Source of the DNA: an uncultured Candidatus Rokubacteria bacterium | GTDB taxonomy: Bacteria; Methylomirabilota; Methylomirabilia; Rokubacteriales; DASRDR01 | Reading direction: 5' to 3' | Length of the DNA stretch: 64,000 bases | Assembly: GCA_963826115.1 (NCBI GenBank) | Contig: CAWGVS010000005.1 | Location: forward strand, 1,472,001-1,536,000 | In this document: in pieces, positions 58,128 to 64,000 of the stretch | How the letters are laid out: each line of letters starts with the position of its first letter | Numbering within the stretch: position 1 is the stretch's first letter | The notes under the pieces: model-generated | The model's database searches: none | Seen by the model: only the letters and a program-made list of their open reading frames with translations | Told to the model about the DNA's origin: nothing | Position numbers and translations under genes: made by a program

Positions 58128-59228
58128 GTGATGCGGACCGACTGGCAGGGGTCGTACCTCGACGGGCGGACCGCGGCCCGCCAGCCCGTCACGATCCGGC
58201 TGATGCGTGAGGGCCTCGAGGTCACCCCGCCGGGCGGGCCGAGTCAGCTCTGGCCATACCGCGAGGTTCGGCAGACGCAGGGCACCTACGCCGGCGAGGA
58301 GGTCCGCCTCGAGCGCGGCGGGCCCCTGCCCGAAACGCTGGTGATCGGGGACAGCGCGTTCCTGGAGAGCCTCCACGATGCCGCGGCGCACGCCGGGATT
58401 CGCTTCCATGACCCGCGGCGCCGCGCCGCTCGGCTCCGCCTCACGATCGTGGCCGCCGCGGCGGTCGTGGTGGTGACCGCGGCCATCTACCTCTGGGGTA
58501 TCCCGCTGCTGGCGGCGTTCGCGGCGCCGCGCGTGCCGGTGGCCTGGGAGGAGAGCGTCGGCCAGTCCGCTGCCGCGTACCTGGCGCCGCCCGGAGAGCG
58601 CTGTAGCGACCCGCAGCTCCTCGCGGCCATGGACGACCTCGTCCGCCGGCTCACCGGGCCCGGCCCGCCGTCACCGTACGCGCTCCGCGTCTACGTCGTG
58701 AACCGCCCCACGATCAACGCGCTCGCGGTCCCGGGCGGCCACGTCGTGGTGTTCCGCGGCCTGCTCCGCCAGACGCGAACCCCGGAGGAGATGGCCGGCG
58801 TCCTGGCCCACGAGCTCCAGCACGTCCTGCGCCGGCACACGACCCGCGCGGTGATCCAGGACCTGTCGACCGGGCTCCTCCTCATGGCCCTCACCGGCGA
58901 CGCCACCGGCCCGCTCGCGTACGGCCTCCAGACCGCCCGGACGCTCGGCAAGCTGCGCTACACGCGCCACGCCGAGGAGGAAGCGGACGCCGAGGGCATG
59001 CGGATGGTGCTCGCGGCGCGCGTGAATCCCGCCGGCATGATCGCGTTCTTCCAGAAGCTCCAGCGGGAGGAGGGCGGCCGCGCAGGCCGCGCGCTCGCCT
59101 ACCTCCAGAGCCACCCGCCCGCCACGGACCGCCTGGCGCAGCTCCGGGGAGTCGCGATGGCCTGGCAGGGAACGCCGGAGCCACTCCTTCCCGCTACTGA
59201 CTGGAAGGCCCTGACCACCCGCTGCTGA
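58128..59228 (+). CDS. M48-family metallopeptidase (YjgN-associated)
   Basis: YLDG N-terminus, TM, NALAVPGG, LAHELQH, EEEAD and SHP motifs. Confidence 0.92.
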   Translation: MMRTDWQGSYLDGRTAARQPVTIRLMREGLEVTPPGGPSQLWPYREVRQTQGTYAGEEVRLERGGPLPETLVIGDSAFLESLHDAAAHAGIRFHDPRRRAARLRLTIVAAAAVVVVTAAIYLWGIPLLAAFAAPRVPVAWEESVGQSAAAYLAPPGERCSDPQLLAAMDDLVRRLTGPGPPSPYALRVYVVNRPTINALAVPGGHVVVFRGLLRQTRTPEEMAGVLAHELQHVLRRHTTRAVIQDLSTGLLLMALTGDATGPLAYGLQTARTLGKLRYTRHAEEEADAEGMRMVLAARVNPAGMIAFFQKLQREEGGRAGRALAYLQSHPPATDRLAQLRGVAMAWQGTPEPLLPATDWKALTTRC

Positions 59229-59402
59229 GCCATCCTGGGTCCCGTCTTGGGATGCCTTGGACCATCGTCCTGACCGATGCACTGCCAGGGTTCCCGTCAC
59301 ATGACGAGCAGACAGAGAACAGAGCCTCACACGAGCGCCACCATCCACCTGTGACTGTGGACTCCAGGTCGCCCGGGGGCGGCCCCCTGTCGCGAAATGC
59401 AC

Positions 59403-59431
59403 TTGACACTGTTGCGCAACATCCCTAGCTT
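59403..59431 (+). promoter_or_regulatory. sigma70-type promoter with palindromic operator
   Basis: TTGACA-N17-TAGCTT; perfect palindrome TGTTGCGCAACA at 59410-59421 in the spacer. Confidence 0.7.
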
Positions 59432-59498
59432 AGGCGGCCATTGGACGGGCACCGTGCCCACGTCCTCAACCTTCTCCGGAACGCAGGAGGTCTGACGG

Positions 59499-59711
59499 AT
59501 GCACGGACCGCGCAGTGTTCGTCGCGCCATCTCGTTCATCCTACTGGTCGCCGGCACGCTGGCCCTGACCGGGTGCAACTCCAACTCGGTCTCAAGCAGC
59601 CAGTCGAAGCCTTCGAGCTCGACGAATGCAGAGGTCACATCCTCGGTCAAGCCGCCGGCCGGCCCGCGCTCACAGGGCATCCTGGACGCGGCCAAAGCCC
59701 AGGTGAGGTAG
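59499..59711 (+). CDS. Small Ser-rich lipoprotein (cassette 1)
   Basis: AGGAGG SD, lipobox LTGC, mature CNSNSVSSSQSKPSSST; paralog of 60221..60445. Confidence 0.75.
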   Translation: MHGPRSVRRAISFILLVAGTLALTGCNSNSVSSSQSKPSSSTNAEVTSSVKPPAGPRSQGILDAAKAQVR

Positions 59712-59715
59712 CGCC

Positions 59716-60159
59716 ATGGCTGACACGAGTGGTTTCCAACGGCGCGTATCGATGTCGCTCTGCGCGATCGCGCTGGGTCTCTTTCTGACTCTGGCGGTGG
59801 ATGGGGAGCTATCCCCGGCCGCGGCGTTCGATCGCTGGGTCGGCGCCGTCGTAGTGCCCGGTGCCGGAACCGCGTTCGATTTCATCGTTCTGGTGGATCC
59901 CGGAAGGAGCGCCAGCTTCGAATGGCGGGACGGCGGAAACGTCGTGGTGTTTAGCGGCCCGCTCGCAGCGAGCGTCTCAGGATCCCGGGTCACGGGCACC
60001 TTGTATCCCTTCGGAGGCGTGGCCACCCAAAATTCGTCATGCTGCAGGCCCTGTAACTTCAGAGGGACGATCTCTGGAAATCGCGTCGATGGAGCATTCG
60101 ACTCGGCAACCTGCACCGACGACGGCTCCGTCGCGACATTCTTCCTGCTCAAGCAGTAG
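59716..60159 (+). CDS. Secreted beta-rich Cys-containing protein (cassette 1)
   Basis: GAGG SD, signal peptide ending AAA, VTGTL...PCNFRGTISG...C; paralog of 60516..60899. Confidence 0.75.
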   Translation: MADTSGFQRRVSMSLCAIALGLFLTLAVDGELSPAAAFDRWVGAVVVPGAGTAFDFIVLVDPGRSASFEWRDGGNVVVFSGPLAASVSGSRVTGTLYPFGGVATQNSSCCRPCNFRGTISGNRVDGAFDSATCTDDGSVATFFLLKQ

Positions 60160-60220
60160 CGCCCGAGCAATGACGAATCATCACGTCCTCAACCTTTCCC
60201 GAAACTCGGGAGGCCTGACC

Positions 60221-60445
60221 ATGCACGGACCGCGCACTCGTGTCCTCGCCACCCTTACCTTCCTACTCACGGCCGGCGTGCTGACCCTGGCAGCGTGCAA
60301 CTCCGGCGGGGTCTCCAGCAGCTCGCAGAAGCCTTCGGGCTCGAGCAACGGGATGTCGGCCGCGCAGATGCCGGCGCCGGCGCGCGCGTCCGGCAAGACC
60401 ACGCTGGCCGACGGCCTGGCCGCGCAGCTCAGCAATCCACGGTAG
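60221..60445 (+). CDS. Small Ser-rich lipoprotein (cassette 2)
   Basis: GGAGG SD, MHGPR start, lipobox LAAC, mature CNSGGVSSSSQKPSGSS. Confidence 0.75.
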   Translation: MHGPRTRVLATLTFLLTAGVLTLAACNSGGVSSSSQKPSGSSNGMSAAQMPAPARASGKTTLADGLAAQLSNPR

Positions 60446-60515
60446 TCGGGACGCAGCCCGGTCTTCCCAACGCTTGCCCGAGGGCTGTCCCGCGAGACAG
60501 CCGTGGAGGCCGACG

Positions 60516-60899
60516 ATGTCAATCTCAGGCAGACGAGCAATCCCGTGGGCGCTCGGACTGGTGCTGGCCGCGATCCTCGTCGGCGGCTTTGCCGGTGAGG
60601 CGGCCGCGGACGTGTACAAGGGCACCATCACCTTCCAGAGCGTGCCCTCCGCCAACATCACCATCACCGTGGTGCCGGGAGTGTCCGCCGGTTATGTCGT
60701 CACGTTTCTCGGCATCACGATCGATTCAGGCGGCGTGGCCGCCACGGTGAACGGGTCAACGGTGACCGGCACGATCTTCAGCAACAACTTCCTTCCCTGC
60801 AACTTCTCGGGGACGGTCAACGGGCCGACCGCCACCTTGAACCTGGATCCGGCCTCGTGCGGCGGGCCAGGCCTGATCGTCGTCACCCGCGTCGCCTGA
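60516..60899 (+). CDS. Secreted beta-rich Cys-containing protein (cassette 2)
   Basis: GGAGG SD, signal peptide ending AAA, VTGTI...PCNFSGTVNG...C. Confidence 0.78.
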   Translation: MSISGRRAIPWALGLVLAAILVGGFAGEAAADVYKGTITFQSVPSANITITVVPGVSAGYVVTFLGITIDSGGVAATVNGSTVTGTIFSNNFLPCNFSGTVNGPTATLNLDPASCGGPGLIVVTRVA

Positions 60900-60939
60900 G
60901 GAAGCGGTCCGTCCACCTCTGGTCTCGGACGCTTCGAGT

Positions 60940-60990
60940 CCTCGCCGGCGGGCCGGTCGGTCCTGGCGACCGGCCCGCCGGTGAGGTATT
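60940..60990 (+). terminator. Putative terminator after the cassette cluster
   Basis: 15-bp perfect stem CCGGCGGGCCGGTCG/CGACCGGCCCGCCGG, extendable, followed by TATT. Confidence 0.55.
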
Positions 60991-61058
60991 CTGGCCGGCG
61001 ATTCGACGTTGGCCACGCGCGCCCCACGCGCCGGGCGGACGCCAGGATCCGAGAGCCC

Positions 61059-62198
61059 ATGGCGAGCTACCGCATCCCGTTCAACCGCCCCGGCCTGGCC
61101 GGCAACGAGCTCCAGTACATCCGGGAGTCGGTGGACTCGGGCCGGATCTCGGGCGACGGCGTGTTCACCGAGAAGTGCCGGCGCCTGCTCGAGGAGCTGC
61201 TCGGGGCCCGCCAGGTCCTCCTGACCACCTCCTGCACCACGGCGCTCGAGCTCGCCGCCCTGCTCTTAGACCTCGCCCCCGGGGACGAGGTGATCATGCC
61301 GTCGTTCACCTTCGTCTCCACGGCGAACGCCGTCGTGCTCCGGGGCGCGCGCCCGGTGTTCGCGGACATCCGGCCCGACACGCTGAACCTCGACGAGCGC
61401 CTCCTCGAGCCCCTGGTCACGCCGCGCACCCGGGCCATCGTGCCCGTGCACTACGCCGGCGTGGGCTGCGAGATGGACGCGATCCTGGGGGTCGCGCGTC
61501 GCCACGGCCTCGAGGTGATCGAGGACAACGCCCACGGTCTCTTCGGGGCGTATCGCGGGCGGCCGCTCGGCAGCCTGGGCGGCCTCGCCGCGCAGAGCTT
61601 CCACGAGACGAAGAACATCAGCTGCGGCGAGGGCGGCGCGCTCGTCATCAACGACGAGCGCTACGCCGAGCGTGCCGAGATCCTCCGCGAGAAGGGCACG
61701 AACCGGAGCCGCATGTTCCGCGGCCACGTGGACAAGTACACCTGGGTGGACGTGGGGTCGAGCGCGCTACCCTCCGACATCCTGGCCGCGTTCCTCTACG
61801 GCCAGCTCGAGGCGCGCGACGCGATCCAGCAGAAGCGCCGCCGCATCTGGGAGCGTTACTCCATTGAGCTCCCGTCGTGGGCCCGTGACCGCGGGATCCG
61901 CCTGCCGTCCATCCCGGAGCACTGCCGGCAGCCGTATCACCTCTTCTTCATCGTCACCGCGTCCCTCGAGCAGCGCACACGCCTCATCGCGCACCTGAGG
62001 GACCGCGGGATCCTGGCCGTCTTCCACTACCTGCCGCTCCACCTCTCCGAGATGGGACTGCGCCTCGGCGGGAAGCCCGGCGAGTGCCCGGTGACCGAGG
62101 ACCTGAGCGACCGCGTGCTCCGCCTGCCCCTCTACAACGACCTCGGCGAGGCGGATCAGGCCTACGTGATCGAGAGCCTCCACGCCTTCGGGGGCTGA
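61059..62198 (+). CDS. wecE: dTDP-4-amino-4,6-dideoxygalactose transaminase
   Basis: IPFNRP, SCTTALE, SFHETKN (PLP Lys), EKGTNRS and DKYTWVDVGSS motifs. Confidence 0.93.
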   Translation: MASYRIPFNRPGLAGNELQYIRESVDSGRISGDGVFTEKCRRLLEELLGARQVLLTTSCTTALELAALLLDLAPGDEVIMPSFTFVSTANAVVLRGARPVFADIRPDTLNLDERLLEPLVTPRTRAIVPVHYAGVGCEMDAILGVARRHGLEVIEDNAHGLFGAYRGRPLGSLGGLAAQSFHETKNISCGEGGALVINDERYAERAEILREKGTNRSRMFRGHVDKYTWVDVGSSALPSDILAAFLYGQLEARDAIQQKRRRIWERYSIELPSWARDRGIRLPSIPEHCRQPYHLFFIVTASLEQRTRLIAHLRDRGILAVFHYLPLHLSEMGLRLGGKPGECPVTEDLSDRVLRLPLYNDLGEADQAYVIESLHAFGG

Positions 62199-62237
62199 CG
62201 CGCTGCGAGACCCGACGGGCGCCGCGGGTCGGGCCGG

Positions 62238-63419
62238 ATGATGCCGTCCCTCGGCCGCCTAGGCCGCGGCCTCCGTGAGAGCCGCGAGCCGATCCTGATC
62301 TTCCTCGTCACGCGCGGTGCGCTCTTCCTGCTCGCCTACCTGAGCCTGGCGGTGCTGCCGCTCAACCCCGATCCAGGCGTGGCCACGCCGTCGGGGGGAC
62401 CGTGGCGTGGCTTCCCGGGCAACTTGTGGCTCGACGGCTGGACCCGCTGGGATGCCGGATGGTACCGGCACATCGCGACGTTCGGCTATGTCAACGAGCC
62501 GGTGGGACTGGCGGGCCAGCGCAACCTGGCCTTCTATCCGGCGTATCCCCTGGCCATGAAGCTCGTGAGCCTGGTGGGCCTGGAGCCGCTGGCCGCCGGC
62601 ATCCTGGTGTCGAACCTCGCGCTCCTGGCGGCGCTCGTCCTTCTCCACCGGATGCTGCGGGCGCGCTTCGGCGCGGACGCGGCGTCGCGGTGCGTGCTCC
62701 TCCTGTCGGTGTTCCCCTTCTCGTTCTACTTCAGCGCCGTGTACTCCGAGAGCCTGTTCCTCCTGCTGGCCGTCGCCGCGCTGTTCCTGGGCGAGCAGGG
62801 ACGCTGGGCGGGCGCGTCGGTCTGCGCGCTCCTGTGCGGCGCCACCCGGGCACCGGGCCTGGCCCTGGCGCCGGCGCTCGGCCTCCTCTACCTCGAGCGG
62901 ATCCGCTACGATGTGCGGAAGATCCGGCCCGACGTTCTCTGGCTCGGGCTGAGCGTCCTCGGGCCCTTCCTCTTCTATGCGTACCTCCACCTCCAGTTCG
63001 GCGATCCGTGGCTCGCGTTCCGGGCGACGCGGGTGCCGGGCTGGTGGCAGGGCGGCTTCGACCTCCGGCCCGCGGAGCGCGCGCTGCGCGCCCTTCGCTC
63101 GATCGACAATCTGAGGACGGGCCAGTTCCCGGTGGTGTTCGACCTGAATCTCCTGGCGGCCATGCTCTGCCTGGGGTCGCTGGTCGCCGTTTTCCGGCGG
63201 CAGCCGTTCGCGTGGGGCGTGTTCGCCCTCCTGATCGTGGCGTCCGGCGTCCTCCAGCCGGGCGGCTGGGGCCGCTACGTGCTCCCCGCCTTCCCGGTGT
63301 TCCTCGCCTGGGCGCTCGCGCTCGAGGGCGGGGTCGCGCTCGCCGCCGTCACGACGCTGTCGACGCTCCTGCTGGCGCTCCTGACGGTCCTGTACACCCA
63401 CTGGTACTGGGTGTCCTGA
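62238..63419 (+). CDS. Mannosyltransferase-family (PIG-V-like) GT-C membrane protein
   Basis: RWDAGWY, LAFYPAYP, FPFSFYFSAVYSESLF and RY...FP motifs. Confidence 0.88.
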   Translation: MMPSLGRLGRGLRESREPILIFLVTRGALFLLAYLSLAVLPLNPDPGVATPSGGPWRGFPGNLWLDGWTRWDAGWYRHIATFGYVNEPVGLAGQRNLAFYPAYPLAMKLVSLVGLEPLAAGILVSNLALLAALVLLHRMLRARFGADAASRCVLLLSVFPFSFYFSAVYSESLFLLLAVAALFLGEQGRWAGASVCALLCGATRAPGLALAPALGLLYLERIRYDVRKIRPDVLWLGLSVLGPFLFYAYLHLQFGDPWLAFRATRVPGWWQGGFDLRPAERALRALRSIDNLRTGQFPVVFDLNLLAAMLCLGSLVAVFRRQPFAWGVFALLIVASGVLQPGGWGRYVLPAFPVFLAWALALEGGVALAAVTTLSTLLLALLTVLYTHWYWVS

Positions 63420-63425
63420 CCGCCC

Positions 63426-64000
63426 TCAGCCGCGCGCGCATCCCGGGGGAAGGAGGTGCGGAGCATCCGCCGCGTGCCAGTGGAACGTCGCCTGCGCGTC
63501 GCGGAATCGATAGCCGAAGTGGGCCACCAGGTTGATCACGCGCGTGTTGCCGGCCGAGATCTTGGCGGTGAGCCACCGGGCCCCGATGGCCTTCAGGTCG
63601 AGGTGCATCCCCGTCATGAGGTCGAACGCGGCCGGGGTGCCCTTGGCCGACTCGGTGACCCCCATGATGCCGACCTCGGCGCGGTCCCCGACCAGCCGCA
63701 GCTGGAAGAAGCCCTTCACATTGCCGGGCGCGCCCACCACGTAGACGCGGTCCGCCGGGCTCGGCGAGGCGCAGGCGACGTGGACCCAGTGGCGGTAGCG
63801 CCGGTCCGCGAGCTCGGGCGGAAAGCGCGGGTCCGCGTTGTAGCGCCCGTGGCGGAAGGTGTGCTCGGCGATCTCCTCGATCTGCGGGTGGTCGTCGGGG
63901 GTCGCGAGCCGCACCGGACGCGCCGGCGGCTCGGCCGTGTACGTCTGGATCCGGAACGAGAGGCCGAGGGTCTGCTCCACGCACGTGAAGCCGAGCGCCG
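63426..64000 (-). CDS. GNAT acetyltransferase, WecD-like (5' end outside window)
   Basis: FRHGRYNADPRF...YRHWV and ISAGN...FGY...FHW resemble TDP-fucosamine acetyltransferase; near wecE. Confidence 0.72.
   Translation of the reverse strand, partial: ALGFTCVEQTLGLSFRIQTYTAEPPARPVRLATPDDHPQIEEIAEHTFRHGRYNADPRFPPELADRRYRHWVHVACASPSPADRVYVVGAPGNVKGFFQLRLVGDRAEVGIMGVTESAKGTPAAFDLMTGMHLDLKAIGARWLTAKISAGNTRVINLVAHFGYRFRDAQATFHWHAADAPHLLPPGCARG

Overview
Very GC-rich, gene-dense 64 kb window of a diderm bacterium. Gene content and GC level suggest a Rokubacteria/Methylomirabilota-like soil organism, but this is inference only. About 57 genes are supported. Most are heterotrophic metabolism and envelope functions: SDR, P450, acetamidase, PdxY, class IV aminotransferase, Pip, an ACAD pair, LhgO, a GcvT-type dehydrogenase, a Mo-oxidoreductase, a Pot-type ABC transporter, EmrAB/TetR, WecE/WecD and GT-C enzymes. 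No rRNA, tRNA, CRISPR or transposase was seen. Most long ORFs in the supplied track are GC-rich shadow frames. The most unusual observations are: (1) a lower-GC island at 59.4-61.0 kb with two tandem paralogous cassettes, each an SD-occluding hairpin, a Ser-rich mini-lipoprotein and a secreted Cys-containing beta-protein, behind a strong sigma70-like promoter with a palindromic operator; (2) a CHASE2 class III cyclase with atypical base-specifying residues, linked to a FecR-TPR-beta-barrel outer-membrane protein and a small Cys lipoprotein (CyaK/NsrA-like trans-envelope signalling); (3) a short element encoding MSPQAEGRPI at two gene starts 45 kb apart, in one case as a triple repeat that frameshifts the gene; (4) an HtpX-like M48 homolog that has lost most of its Zn/catalytic residues; (5) an RluA synthase with a 5x144-bp coding repeat tail and a 1-nt frameshift; (6) many leaderless and overlapping bidirectional promoters.
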